Assembly: GCA_963771175.1 (NCBI GenBank)
Contig: CAVYSY010000036.1
Coordinates: forward strand, 62,385 to 126,384
Origin: an uncultured delta proteobacterium
GTDB taxonomy: Bacteria > Myxococcota > Myxococcia > Myxococcales > Myxococcaceae
DNA length: 64,000 nucleotides
Reading direction: 5' to 3'
Shown: positions 1 to 10,634 of the stretch, piece after piece
Layout: every line of letters starts with the position of its first letter
Numbering within the stretch: position 1 is the first letter of the stretch
The notes under the pieces: generated by a model
What the model was told of the DNA's origin: nothing
What the model saw: only the letters and a program-made list of their open reading frames with translations
The model's database searches: none
Program-made: the position numbers and the translations under genes

Positions 1-635
1 GCCACGTCGGGGCCGATGCCGCAGCCCGTCTCCTTCACCAGCAGGCGCACACCAAATTCGCGCACCAGCCCCTTCACCACCTTGTAGCCACCGCGGAAGT
101 CGCGGTCTCCCTCGGGCTGGGTGAGCTCCTGCCCGGCGTTGAGGTGCAGCGCCATGCCATCGGCGCCAATGACGTCCGCCAGCCGGCGCACCCCGTCCAC
201 GCCCATCCGCACCGCCTGGTACAGGCCGATGTTGCCCAGCAGCGGCACCGTGGGGGCGATCTGCCGCACCTGGAAGGTCTCCGTGAGCTGCGGGTTCTCC
301 GCCATGGCCCGCTGGCTGCCCACGCCGAAGGCCAGCCCATACTGCTCGGCCAGCGTCGCCAGGTCCCGATTCACCACCCCGGCCCGCTCGGTGCCCCCCG
401 TCATTCCGGTAATCAGCAGCGGGTAGCGCAGCCGCTTGCCCAGGAACTCGGTGGAGAGGTCCACCTCGTCCACGGACAGTTCCGGCATCGCGCAATGCAC
501 CAGCCGCACGCACTCGAGCAGAGTGCTGTTCTCCACCGGCTCGACATCGCCGGTGGCACACAGGTCGAGGTGGGCGTCCTTCCGCTTCGCCGTCACCTCC
601 TCACCCGTGAGTTCCGCCTGACTCTTGGAAGGCAT
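1..635 (-). CDS. fni: Type 2 isopentenyl-diphosphate delta-isomerase (5' part; runs off the window edge)
   Basis: Manual translation from ATG at 635: MPSKSQAELTGEEVTAKRKDAHLDLC...PLLITGMTGG...FGVGSQRAM...ALHLNAGQE...LLVKETGCGI. RKxxH, MTGG, GSQR, HLN and KExGxG are IDI-2 motifs. Not in the ORF track because there is no stop within the window. Confidence 0.92.
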   Translation of the reverse strand, partial: MPSKSQAELTGEEVTAKRKDAHLDLCATGDVEPVENSTLLECVRLVHCAMPELSVDEVDLSTEFLGKRLRYPLLITGMTGGTERAGVVNRDLATLAEQYGLAFGVGSQRAMAENPQLTETFQVRQIAPTVPLLGNIGLYQAVRMGVDGVRRLADVIGADGMALHLNAGQELTQPEGDRDFRGGYKVVKGLVREFGVRLLVKETGCGIGPDV

Positions 636-784
636 GTGTCTGGAAAATTCCAAAAAGATTAAGAGTGTCCGCGATCCGGGAATCCCTAGCAAGCGGGGCA
701 AGCAGGCGCAAGCTGCGCCTGTGCGACAGGCACCCCCACCGAGCGTGCATGGACGGGGTGGGAGCCGGACGGTATGAGGGCGCC

Positions 785-1195
785 GTGAGCACTCCCGCGC
801 CCAAGGTGGTCGTCTTCCTCCACAGTGGGGACTACGATCGGGTCCATCAGGGCCTGTCCATCGCCGCGGCGGCGGTGGCGTCCGGCCGGCGCGCCGAGGT
901 GTACCTCTTCTGGTGGGCCCTGGAGCGCTTCCTCCAGGGTCGCCTGGACGAGCCGGACTTCACTCCCCCCCGCGAGGACGTGGCGGATCGCTTCGAGACG
1001 CGCCGCATCCCCACGCTGCGCCTGCTCCTGGAACACCTGCGCGAGTCGGGACTGTGCACGGTGCAGGGCTGCACGGGCTCGCTGGGAGCGCTGGGGGCCG
1101 AGTCCCAGGCCGACAAGGGGCCGATCGACGGCTGGGTCGGCTGGAGCGCCATCCTCCAGAGGACGGCGGGCGTGGTGGACCGCTTCTACCTCTAG
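785..1195 (+). CDS. DsrE/DsrF-like (peroxiredoxin-like) small protein
   Basis: GTG start at 785. VVVFLHSGDYDRVHQGLSIAAAAVASGRRAEVYLFWWAL...GCTGSL pattern is typical of the DsrE-like fold. Confidence 0.6.
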   Translation: MSTPAPKVVVFLHSGDYDRVHQGLSIAAAAVASGRRAEVYLFWWALERFLQGRLDEPDFTPPREDVADRFETRRIPTLRLLLEHLRESGLCTVQGCTGSLGALGAESQADKGPIDGWVGWSAILQRTAGVVDRFYL

Positions 1196-1279
1196 TCCGG
1201 TTCGATTGACCCGCCTCGTCGCCTGCTTACGTTCTTTCAGTACCCGGGAACGGGGAAAGGAAAGGCAAGGCAACGTCTC

Positions 1280-2242
1280 ATGAGTGCTGGCGGAATGTAT
1301 GGATCGTCGATGCCCCGGGAGGCCCCGGGCCCGCGCGGGAGCGGCTGGGGACACCGGCTGAGCAACGCGCTGAAGACGACGGTGCTGCTGGCCGGCCTCA
1401 CGGCGCTCATGCTGCTCGTGGGCCAGCGCCTGGGAGGCGCTCAGGGGCTCGTCGTCGCGGGCTTTTTCGTCATCATCATGAACTTCGTCTCGTACTGGTT
1501 CAGCGATCGGATCGCCCTGGCCATGCACGGGGCCCAGCCGCTGGAGTACGCCGAGGCGCCGTGGCTGCACCAGATGGTGGAGCGGCTGGCCACGCGCGCG
1601 GGCATGCCCAAGCCGAAGGTGTACCTGCTGCCCACCCGGGCGCCCAACGCGTTCGCCACGGGCCGCAACCCCCAGCACGCCGCGGTGGCGGTGACGGCCG
1701 GCATCCTGGACATCCTGGACCAGCGGGAGTTGGAGGGGGTGCTGGCGCACGAATTGGGGCACGTGAAGAACCGCGACACCCTCATCGGCACGGTGGCGGC
1801 CACCCTGGCGGGCGTCATCAGCTACGCGGCGCAGATGCTCTTCTGGTTCGGCGGCTCCCTGCTCAGCCGCGATGACGACGAGGAGGGGCTGGGCCACACG
1901 CTCGGCAACCTGGGAGTGCTGCTGGTGGCGCCCATCGCCGCCACCCTGCTGCAGCTCGCGGTGAGCCGCTCGCGCGAGTACGGCGCGGACGCCATGGGCG
2001 CGCAGCTCGGCGGAGACCCGGACGCCCTGGCGGACGCGCTGCTGAAGCTGGAGCGAGGCGCGGAGCTGATGCCCTATGACCGGGCGCCGGCCACCTCGCA
2101 CCTCTTCATCGTCAACCCACTGTCCGGCGGTGCCATCATGCACCTCTTCTCCACGCACCCGCCCATCCCCGAGCGGGTGCGCCGCCTGCGCCAGATGGGG
2201 GCCAGTCAGGGCTCCCGCGCCTGGCGCAGCGCCTGGGCGTAG
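1280..2242 (+). CDS. htpX: Zinc metalloprotease HtpX (M48)
   Basis: PNAFATGRNP, HELGH (HExxH), SRSREYGAD and FSTHPPIPERV motifs, with N-terminal TM helices. Confidence 0.93.
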   Translation: MSAGGMYGSSMPREAPGPRGSGWGHRLSNALKTTVLLAGLTALMLLVGQRLGGAQGLVVAGFFVIIMNFVSYWFSDRIALAMHGAQPLEYAEAPWLHQMVERLATRAGMPKPKVYLLPTRAPNAFATGRNPQHAAVAVTAGILDILDQRELEGVLAHELGHVKNRDTLIGTVAATLAGVISYAAQMLFWFGGSLLSRDDDEEGLGHTLGNLGVLLVAPIAATLLQLAVSRSREYGADAMGAQLGGDPDALADALLKLERGAELMPYDRAPATSHLFIVNPLSGGAIMHLFSTHPPIPERVRRLRQMGASQGSRAWRSAWA

Positions 2243-2249
2243 CCGGTGA

Positions 2250-3137
2250 CTACCCCGCGGCCGACACGGGCGACGAGCCCTCGGCCGCGGGCTTCACGGG
2301 GGCCAGGCCGTCGAGCTTGTCGAAGTTCTCGAAGGGGTTCTCCATCATCTCGCGCAGCGTGTTGGCCAGGACGCTGGCGTGGAAGCCGTCGATGTAGCGG
2401 TGATCGAACGTGGCGTTCACGTTCATGATCTTCCCGACCACCACCTTCCCGTCCTCCACCACCGGCGCGTCCTTGATGGCGCCCGGGGCGATGAAGATGG
2501 GCACGCGCGTGTAGGGCACCAGCGGCACGTAGGCCGTGTCCAGCCCCAGCGAGCCCACGTTGGTGACGATGGCCGAGCCGAACGCGTCCCGGGGCATGCC
2601 CGCCCAGCTCATGTCCAAGTTCAGCGTGTACATGAGGAAGGAGATGAGCCAGGTGAAGAAGTTGAGGAAGAGGTAGGGAATCCTCTGGATGGTCCCCTTG
2701 CTCTTCTCCAGCATCTCGTCCTTGCGCTGGCGGACCTTCTGCACCGCGGCCTCCAGCTCGGCGGAGATCTCCCGGAGCGACTTCTGCTCCGCGTCGTCGA
2801 TCTTCGCCGAGGTGAGGTCCACCTTCCCGCCATCCGTCTGCACCACGAGGGTGGAGATGGTGATGCGCTGGCGCAGGTAGATTTTGTTGAAGCGCAGGAT
2901 GGCGTTGGCATCCGGGCAGCGGCGAAGGGCCTCGGCCATGGCCTTGGCCAGCAGGTGCGTGACGGTGAGACGGATGCCCGTCTTCTGCCGGAAGGCCTCG
3001 ATGTAGGCGACGGCCTTGTCCATCCGCAGCGTCAGCGTCCCGTACACCGTCGGGTCGTACGCGGTCTTCCAGCTCCCGATGGCGAGCTTGCGGAAGCTGG
3101 AAACGTTCTCCTTGGGAATGAGCTCCAGATGCGCCAT
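2250..3137 (-). CDS. Stand-alone 2-oxo-acid dehydrogenase E2-like acyltransferase catalytic domain
   Basis: Start MAHLELIPK. FGSAIVTNVGSLG and catalytic DHRYIDG motif present; no lipoyl domain. Confidence 0.8.
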   Translation of the reverse strand: MAHLELIPKENVSSFRKLAIGSWKTAYDPTVYGTLTLRMDKAVAYIEAFRQKTGIRLTVTHLLAKAMAEALRRCPDANAILRFNKIYLRQRITISTLVVQTDGGKVDLTSAKIDDAEQKSLREISAELEAAVQKVRQRKDEMLEKSKGTIQRIPYLFLNFFTWLISFLMYTLNLDMSWAGMPRDAFGSAIVTNVGSLGLDTAYVPLVPYTRVPIFIAPGAIKDAPVVEDGKVVVGKIMNVNATFDHRYIDGFHASVLANTLREMMENPFENFDKLDGLAPVKPAAEGSSPVSAAG

Positions 3138-3353
3138 GACGCGGTCGTCCCTCCAGAAAAGTGCGCGCGAGCCCGCCAGCATCGCGTTTTCCGGCGCTCG
3201 GAGAAAGCCCCCCTGCTCTACTCTCCGCCACCCGGGCCGCCCGAGCACCCCGTCTCCCAGGCTCCTAACTTGAGGAACACCCCCCTTGCCCGCCACCGCG
3301 GGCGAGAGGGGCTGGGCCCGGTCCAGTGGCCGGAGGGCGGACGACGAGCCCTA

Positions 3354-3381
3354 TTGACGTCTCGCCTCCGGACGTTAGGCT
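3354..3381 (+). promoter_or_regulatory. Putative sigma70-type promoter (TTGACG-N16-TAGGCT)
   Basis: Near-consensus -35/-10 pair about 35 nt upstream of the GTG at 3418. Confidence 0.4.
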
Positions 3382-3417
3382 GCGCCGCTTTTTGCATCAT
3401 TTTTGGAGGTCTCCCTC

Positions 3418-4477
3418 GTGACGGAAGTACTCCTCATCGTCGTCTCGGTGCTCTTTGTCATCTCGCTCGGCTACATCTTCTTCGGCCAGAAGCAGGCCGC
3501 GGCGCTCCCCGCCTCCTCCTCCACGTCCAACGTGAGGGCCGAGCTCGAGTCCGACACCAAGGCGCGAGCGCGTCTGGAGTCCGAGCTGGAGCGCAGGCGC
3601 AAGGAGATGGATGAACAGCGCTCGCAGCTGCAGGAGATGAAGGAGCAGCTCAAGCAGGCCAAGCGGAAGCTCTACGAGCAGAAGGAGTCGGAGAAGGGCG
3701 ACAAGGACCTGGCCAAGGCCCGCGCCGAGGTGGAGCGCAATGCCTCCACGCAGCTCGAGGTCGTCCGGAGCGAGCTGGCCCAGGCCGAGGCGGAGATCGC
3801 CCGGCTGAAGTCCGAGGTGGAGATGGGCCGGGGTGGCCGCCGCGCCCCCGCCCCCGCGGCTGCTCCCGCTCCGGCGGTGGCCGCCACGCCGGCGCCGCAG
3901 CAGCAGGTGTCCGCCCCCGCGGGCGAGGTGGTGGTGACCGCGACCGTGACGCCCGCCGCCGCCCCGGCCGAGCCGGCCGCCGAGAAGGCCCAGCGGCGCT
4001 ACCGCGACCTGAACGACGCCGACCGCGAGAAGATGGAGCGGCTGGAGCAGACGGCGAACAAGGAGCGCAGCCGGGCCGCCGAGCTGGAGCGCGAGCTCAA
4101 GCGCATCAAGGGCCGCGCCGACTCGCAGCAGCGCATCTTCTCCGCCAGCAAGAACGAGCTGGAGCTGGTGAAGGACAAGTACAAGGCGCTGGAGAAGCGC
4201 CTGAACCGCACGCTGCTGGAGCGGGATCTGCTGCGCCGGGCCATCAAGGACCTGGAGAAGAAGACGGGCATGCTGGCCGACCGCACGGAGCTGACGCCGG
4301 ACGAGATGGCCGCCAGCGACCGGAAGGTGGAGGAGGCCGCGCAGGCCCGCAGCCGCCGCCGAGACCGCGCAGCAGCAGGCCGTCGCCGCCGCGACCGAGC
4401 AGACCGGAGCCGCCAGCACCGAGCAGCCCGCGACGGGCGAGAAGCAGGACGAGAAGCCCGCGACCCCGACCGCGTAG
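3418..4477 (+). CDS. Membrane-anchored coiled-coil protein (TolA-like), with a frameshift near 4350
   Basis: N-terminal TM helix, two coiled-coil blocks and an Ala/Pro linker. The alternative frame gives a natural tail AAAETAQQQAVAAATEQ...KPATPTA* ending at TAG 4477. Confidence 0.7.
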
Positions 4478-4543
4478 TGACTCCCCTCGGGGGGTAAGGA
4501 CCTCGGGGGCCTCGGGTTGTCACGAGGCGCCCCCCCTCCAGGC

Positions 4544-6121
4544 TCAGTCCAGCGGTGCCGGCGTGTAGATGACCAGGTCCCCCAGCGTCGTCCGCCGGCC
4601 CCCTTCGTTGTCCAGACCTCCCGCGATGAGCACCGAGCCGTCCTCCAGCACCGTGCACGTGTGCTGGTGACGCTGGCGCTCCAGCAGCGGCAACCCGAAC
4701 ATCGCCGGCGAGCCCCCCTCATTCCCCGGGACGAGCAGCTCCCCGTGTGGGTCGCTCAGGAGTCCACTCACGGTGGCCCGCAGCCCTCCGGAGGTGAGCA
4801 CCCGCCCGTCCGGCAGCGCCACCGCGCACAGGCCGCTCCGGGCGAACACCTGCGGCCCCGCCGCCACCTCGCCCGTGGGAGATGACCTCCGAGGACGCCA
4901 GGAGCCGCCGCGCGCTCTCCACGCTGTCGGGCGCATCATGGCCGCCCACGTACAGCAGCCGGACCAGCCCGCCGAAGGGGACGAGCGCCGCGTCACGCCG
5001 GGGCTCGCGCAGTCGGAGTCCCTCGTCCACCGGCACGAAGGTGCCCCCCTCATACGAGAAGAAGAGCACCTCCGGCCGCAGCTCCTTCCCGTCCGAGCCG
5101 CCCACCACGGCGATGCGCTGCCCCTGCCGCACCGGCATCACCCCCATGCCCACCCGCGGCACCGGGGTGCCCACGGAGAACACCCTGCCCGTCTCGGGCG
5201 TCATAGCCCTCGGCCTCGGACACCACCGCGCCCCCCGCCCCCACTCCGCCGACAAGCAGCACCCGCCCACTCGCGTCCGCCGCCGCCGCATGGTGGCCGC
5301 GCGCCGCCTTCAGCGTCACCCCCGTGTACGTCCGCTGCGCCACGTCCAGCACCAGCGCGTTCCCCACGGGCACCGTGCCCTCCACCGACTCCACCTCCCC
5401 GCCCGCGAGCAGCACCTTGCCACCCGGCAGCCGCGTCGCGGTGTGGAAGGCGCGCGGCGAGGCCTGGAAGGAGCCCTCCGCTCCCGTCCCCAGCTCCGGC
5501 GCCGGCTCCAGCTTGCCCGTCACCGGGTCGAACAGCTCCGCGGAGGACAGCGTGGAGGTGTCGTCGTTCAGGTCGACCTCGACGCCCCCGGCCAGCAGCA
5601 CCCGGCCGTCCTCCAGCAGCGTCGCGGTGTGCCCCGCGCGAGGGTGGGCGAGCGAGGCGCACGCGCCGCCCGGCATGCCCACCTGCGCGTACTCATTCAC
5701 CCGACGCAGGGAGACGCGGACCATCGGGCGCGCGACCCCGCCCGACTCCGGCACGTCGAAGGGGTGCGAGCGCCCCAGGGCCACCACGCGGCCTCCCGCC
5801 TTGGGAAGGTCCGTGTACCCGCGCACCTCCAGCACCCGCCCCGAGCCCGCGAAGACGGCCGGCAGCTCCGCCGTGCCCCGGTCCACCGGGACGTAGCGCT
5901 CCACGGGCTCCATCCCCGGGCCGGACACCCGGAAGCGCAGGTACTGGACGCCCGTCAGCGGGGGCGTACCCGTGCAGGTGGGGTTGAGGAGCATCAGCGG
6001 TATAGAGCCCATCCCGGGGCCCACAGGCGGAGACGAGCCCCAGCGCCGCCACGGCGAGAACGCGACGCAGCCTCCGCTCCCAGGCCCTGCGAGCGGGCGA
6101 CCGGGCCCCGCCCTCTCCCAT
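4544..6121 (-). CDS. Kelch-repeat lipoprotein (split by at least 3 indels)
   Basis: Lipobox LGLVSAC near the start. Repeated R-x-x-H-T-A-T-x-L-x-x-G-x-V-L-x-x-GG kelch motifs spread over ORFs 5050..6195, 4719..5291 and 4544..5053. Confidence 0.75.
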
Positions 6122-6283
6122 GCCCCGAACGAAGGGCAAGGTCCGCCCGTTGATACTCCGCACCATGGCGCTCCCCTTTTGCGGTTTCCGGCCACGGCGC
6201 AGGCAAAGATGGCTTGCGCTCGGACCGTGGCGAGCGTAGCGATGCCCTCCAGCCGTGGTCAACGCGGCCCCTCTGTCCCCTGA

Positions 6284-7825
6284 ATGAAGCTCTCGCTCGC
6301 CACCCGCATCTTCCTCGGCTACGCGGTGGTGCTCGTCACCTTCGGCGCGGTGTCCCTGTTCAGCGTGGCCGAGCTCCACCGCAACCGGTTGGAAATCCGC
6401 CTGGTGAGCCAGGGCTACCTGCAGCTCTCCCAGGACGCGGCGGCGCTCGAGACCTTCCACACCAACCAGGAGAAGGACACCGAGCGGCTGCTCGACGAGA
6501 GCAGCGTGGAGACGCGGCGGGCGCTCATCCGGCTGGCCCGACTGTACTTCCCCTCCCTCATGGCCCAGCGGCTGGAGGCGGCGCAGGCCCGGGCCCGGGA
6601 GGTGCAGACCCTGGCTCCCGCGGGCGAGGTCCACTTCGTCCGGGACCTGGAGACGCGCCTGGGAGAGCTCGCCAACCGCTACCAGGCGTACGGGCGGGCG
6701 GCGGATGCCGTCTTCACGGTGCTCGCGGACGAGGCCCCGGCGGCGGGTGAGCTGGCCCGAGCCACCAACGAGCTGCGCCAGCAGGAGACGTCCATCGGCC
6801 GCGACATCCGCTTCCTGCGCGCCGCCCTCAGCAACCGCATCCGCGAGCGTGTGGACGGGGCCGAGGACCGCGAGCGGCGCACGGGCCTGGCCATCATCAC
6901 CCTGTCGGTGCTGGCCATCGTCGTGGGACTGGTGGCCACCGCCTGGTCGGCGCGCACCCTGCGCCCGGTGCGCACCCTCATCGAGGGCGTGTCGCGCATC
7001 GGCCGGGGCGACTACAGCGCGCAGTTGGGCGTGCGCGGCGACGACGAGGTGGCGGTGCTCGCCCGTGAGTTCGACGCCATGGCCCGCTCGCTCCAGGCGC
7101 GCGAGGCCCAGCTCAAGGCCCAGGCCGAGGCCCTCATGCGCGCCGAGCAACTGGCCGCCGTGGGCCGCATCTCCGCGCAGGTGGCCCACGAGGTGCGCAA
7201 TCCCCTGTCCTCCATCGGCCTCAACGTGGAGCTGATGCAGGACGCCTTCGAGCGCGCCACCTTCGAGGCGCCGGAGGAGGCCCGCGAGGCGCGCGAGCTG
7301 CTCGCCGCCGTCACGCGCGAGGTGGACCGGCTCACCGAGGTGACGGAGCAGTACCTGCGCATGGCGCGCCCGCCGAGGCCCAGCCTCGAGCCCACCGACG
7401 TCACCGAGGTGCTGGCCAGCGTGCTGGACTTCTCGCGCGAGGAGCTGGAGCGCGCCGGTGTCGAGGTGGTGAGCGAGCCCGCCTCGGAGCCCCCGCGGGC
7501 CCTGGCCGACGACGGCCAGTTGCGCCAGGTGTTCCTCAACCTCCTGCGCAACGCGCGCGAGGCCATGCCGGACGGCGGCCGTCTCACCATCGCCACCCAG
7601 GTGCACGAGCGCGAGGTGGAGGTGGCCCTGCGGGACACCGGGCGCGGAATGACCGAGGCCGTGCGCTCCCGCATCTTCGAGCCCTTCTTCTCCACCAAGG
7701 AGGACGGTACGGGGCTGGGCCTCGCCGTCTGCCAGCAGATCCTCAAGTCCCACGGAGGCTCGCTCTCGTGTCGGAGCGAGCCCGGCCGTGGCACCACCTT
7801 CTTCGTCAAGCTTCCACGCGCATGA
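6284..7825 (+). CDS. Membrane sensor histidine kinase (HAMP-HisKA-HATPase)
   Basis: Two TM helices, HAMP (GDDEVAVLAREFDAM), H-box AHEVRNPL, N-box NLLRNA, G-boxes DTGRG and GTGLGL. Confidence 0.95.
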   Translation: MKLSLATRIFLGYAVVLVTFGAVSLFSVAELHRNRLEIRLVSQGYLQLSQDAAALETFHTNQEKDTERLLDESSVETRRALIRLARLYFPSLMAQRLEAAQARAREVQTLAPAGEVHFVRDLETRLGELANRYQAYGRAADAVFTVLADEAPAAGELARATNELRQQETSIGRDIRFLRAALSNRIRERVDGAEDRERRTGLAIITLSVLAIVVGLVATAWSARTLRPVRTLIEGVSRIGRGDYSAQLGVRGDDEVAVLAREFDAMARSLQAREAQLKAQAEALMRAEQLAAVGRISAQVAHEVRNPLSSIGLNVELMQDAFERATFEAPEEAREARELLAAVTREVDRLTEVTEQYLRMARPPRPSLEPTDVTEVLASVLDFSREELERAGVEVVSEPASEPPRALADDGQLRQVFLNLLRNAREAMPDGGRLTIATQVHEREVEVALRDTGRGMTEAVRSRIFEPFFSTKEDGTGLGLAVCQQILKSHGGSLSCRSEPGRGTTFFVKLPRA

Positions 7826-9147
7826 GCTTCAGCTACCACCGTGACGTGCTGCCCAACGGCCTGCGCGTCGTCACCGTCGAGACCCCGCACCTGCACACCG
7901 CCCTGCTCGCGGTGTACGTGCGTACCGGCAGCCGCCACGAGACGGCCGCCAACAACGGCGTCAGCCACTTCCTGGAGCACCTCTTCTTCCGAGGCACCGA
8001 GGGCTGGCCGGACACCATCAAGATGAACACCGCCGTGGAGGAGGTGGGCGGCAACCTCAACGGCGTCACCACGCGAGACCACGGCTACTACTACACGCCC
8101 CTGCACCCGGCGAACCTGGACGTGGGGCTGGCCGTTCTCGGGGACATGCTCACCCGCCCCAAGCTCACCGACATGGAGGTGGAGCGGAACATCATCCTCG
8201 AGGAGATGCTCGACGAGGTGGACGAGAAGGGCCGGGACATCGACATCGACAACCTGTCCAAGCAGCTCCTCTTCGGCGACCACCCGCTGGGCTTCAAGAT
8301 CGCCGGCACGCGCGAGTCCGTGTCGAGCCTCACCCACCAGCAGGTGCTGGAGCACTTCGCGCGCCACTACGTCACGGGCAACCTGGTGGTGACGGCGGCG
8401 GGCCGGGTGAAGCGCGACGAGGTGCTCGCGCTGGTGGAGCGCCACTTCGCGCGGATGCCCATGGGCTCCGAGAGCCTCGATATCCCGCCGCCGCTCACCC
8501 CGGGCGGGCCCAACTTCCACTTCGTCACGCACGACGAGGCCCAGACGGAGTTCCGCATCAGCTTCCGCACCGTCCCCGAGCACCACGAGGACTGGCCGGC
8601 CCTGCAACTGCTGCGGCGCTTCCTGGATGACGGACTGTCCTCGCGGCTGCCCTTCGAGATCGTGGAGAAGCGCGGGCTCGCCTATTCGGTGCATGCGTCG
8701 CTGGAGGCCTTCCACGACACGGGCGTCTTCGAGATCGAGGCCGCGAGTGCCCCGGATCGGGCCTCGCTGGTGGTGGGGGAGACGTTCCGGGTGTTGGGCG
8801 AGCTGTGCGACAAGGAGGTGGGCGAGGAGGAGCTGGCGCGCGCCAAGCGGCGGCACCGGATGCTGCTGGAGTTCTCGCAGGACTCGCCGGGAGAGCTTGC
8901 GGGGTGGTTCGGCGGGACGGAGCTGTTCCGTCAGCCCGAGTCCTTCGGCCGGCGAGCGGATCTGGTGGACGCGGCCAGCGCGGCCCACGTGCGCGAGGTG
9001 GCCCGGCGCTACTTCGCCCGGGAGAACCTCACCGTGGTGGCCGTGGGCCAGCGCAAGGGCGCCAAGGCCCTGGAGAAGGTGGTGGAGACGGCGGAGGGAC
9101 TGCCCTCGGCGCCCGCGCCCAGCCGCCGACGCTCCAACGCGACGTGA
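7822..9147 (+). CDS. M16 (pitrilysin-family) zinc peptidase
   Basis: Inverted zinc motif HFLEH, LPNGLRVV N-terminus, SSRL...RGLAYSV. ATGA overlap with the kinase gene. Confidence 0.92.
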   Translation: MSFSYHRDVLPNGLRVVTVETPHLHTALLAVYVRTGSRHETAANNGVSHFLEHLFFRGTEGWPDTIKMNTAVEEVGGNLNGVTTRDHGYYYTPLHPANLDVGLAVLGDMLTRPKLTDMEVERNIILEEMLDEVDEKGRDIDIDNLSKQLLFGDHPLGFKIAGTRESVSSLTHQQVLEHFARHYVTGNLVVTAAGRVKRDEVLALVERHFARMPMGSESLDIPPPLTPGGPNFHFVTHDEAQTEFRISFRTVPEHHEDWPALQLLRRFLDDGLSSRLPFEIVEKRGLAYSVHASLEAFHDTGVFEIEAASAPDRASLVVGETFRVLGELCDKEVGEEELARAKRRHRMLLEFSQDSPGELAGWFGGTELFRQPESFGRRADLVDAASAAHVREVARRYFARENLTVVAVGQRKGAKALEKVVETAEGLPSAPAPSRRRSNAT

Positions 9148-9210
9148 GACCCCACTCGGAGGGCAACCGGCCGCTCGGCGAGCGGAGCATTTGTGCTAGG
9201 GATACGGTGA

Positions 9211-9816
9211 ATGATGCCCGCCGTCGCGAACCGGAAGGAACCCGTCATCTTCAGTCAGGTGGTGGAGGCCCTCTTCAAGCACGCCATCAAGGACCGGCTC
9301 GACTCGGACGCCCGGCGGAGACTCCGGGCGATTGGCATCGACGTGGACCAGCCGTTCCTGGTCGCCTACTCCGTCCCGGCCTGGTTCGCGGCCGTCGGGG
9401 TCTGCGCCGAGGTCCTCTACCCGGACGTCTCCAGCGAGGAGGCCCGGTACCGGATCGGCCACCAGGTGGTGGACGGCTACGGGCAGACCACCATGGGCCG
9501 GGCCGTGTTCGCGATGCTCCGGATGCTCGGCTGGCAGCGCTCGCTGACGCGCATCCCCCGCGGGCTGCAGTCGGGGACCAACTTCCTCACCGCCCACACG
9601 CGCTTCCTGGACGGGGGCGAGCTCGAGGTCACCTTCGAGGTGCTCCCCGAGTTCCACGCCGCCCTCGGCTCGCAGCCCGGCATCGACCCGTACTTCATGA
9701 ACGGCAACATGGACGCGATGATGGCGCTGGTCGGCGTGCCGTTCTCGGGCGGCGAGCTACAACCCATCGAGCCCGGCTCCCAGCGCGTCGTCTACGTGCT
9801 GCGCCCCAAGGCCTGA
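9211..9816 (+). CDS. Myxobacterial DUF2378-like protein
   Basis: About 200 aa with VEALF...LRAIGID...Y.VPAW...G...VDGYGQTTMGRA pattern characteristic of this paralog family. Confidence 0.7.
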   Translation: MMPAVANRKEPVIFSQVVEALFKHAIKDRLDSDARRRLRAIGIDVDQPFLVAYSVPAWFAAVGVCAEVLYPDVSSEEARYRIGHQVVDGYGQTTMGRAVFAMLRMLGWQRSLTRIPRGLQSGTNFLTAHTRFLDGGELEVTFEVLPEFHAALGSQPGIDPYFMNGNMDAMMALVGVPFSGGELQPIEPGSQRVVYVLRPKA

Positions 9817-9826
9817 GCCCAACCGC

Positions 9827-10633
9827 TCAGGAGTCGCTCGCGTTGAGGTAGCGGGTGATGCGGAGCATCAGCGCGAGCGGGGTGAAGGGCGCGAACCAGG
9901 CCGTGAGACGGTTGACGAACCCGGGCACCACCACCGCCCTGCCCCGCACCAGGCCCCGGTAGCCCAGCTCGGCCACCTGCCGCGCACCGAGCGTCCCGAG
10001 CGGCCCGCTGAAGAGCCGGGAGCGCTGGTGCTCCGACGCCCGGGCGGCGAACTCCGTCTCGGTGTAGCCCGGGCACAGGGCCGTCACCTTCACCCCGTGC
10101 TCCCGCAGCTCCTCGTGGAGCGCGGCGGAGAAGGACAGCACGTACGCCTTGGAGGCGTAGTACACGGACATGAGCGGTCCGGGCTGAAAGGCCGCCAGCG
10201 AGGCCACGTTGAGCACGTACCCGCGCCGCCTCGCCACCATCCCCGGGACGAGCTCGCGGGTGAGCGCGGTGAGGGCCCGCACGTTGAGGTCGATCATCCC
10301 GAGCTGCGGCTCGGCGGGCAGTGCGGAGAAGCCCCCCGCAAGGCCGTAGCCGGCGTTGTTCACCAGCACGTCGATCTCGAGCTGGCGCGCCGTCACCTCG
10401 CGCATCACGGTGGCGACTCCCTCGGGTGAGCCGAGGTCCGCGCCCACCACCACCGAGGGCATCCCGTGGGCCTGCTGGAGCTGATCCGCCAGCGCCTGCA
10501 TCGGCTCTGTACGCCGGGCCACCAGCACCAGCGCATACCCCTCGCGAGCCAGGAGCACCGCCAGCTCCCGGCCAATGCCGCTGGACGCTCCCGTCACCAG
10601 CGCATACCTGCGCACCTGCATCATGCCCTCCAT
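9827..10633 (-). CDS. Short-chain dehydrogenase/reductase
   Basis: TGASSGIG, NNAG and YxxxK (YYASK) motifs. Confidence 0.93.
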   Translation of the reverse strand: MEGMMQVRRYALVTGASSGIGRELAVLLAREGYALVLVARRTEPMQALADQLQQAHGMPSVVVGADLGSPEGVATVMREVTARQLEIDVLVNNAGYGLAGGFSALPAEPQLGMIDLNVRALTALTRELVPGMVARRRGYVLNVASLAAFQPGPLMSVYYASKAYVLSFSAALHEELREHGVKVTALCPGYTETEFAARASEHQRSRLFSGPLGTLGARQVAELGYRGLVRGRAVVVPGFVNRLTAWFAPFTPLALMLRITRYLNASDS

Positions 10634-10634
10634 G

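Noticed and set aside
4478..4540. Structured GC-rich intergenic segment as a possible ncRNA
   Set aside because: Only about 60 nt between convergent genes. A simple hairpin (GGGGGCCTCG...CGAGGCGCCCCC) is enough to explain it as a terminator-like element.
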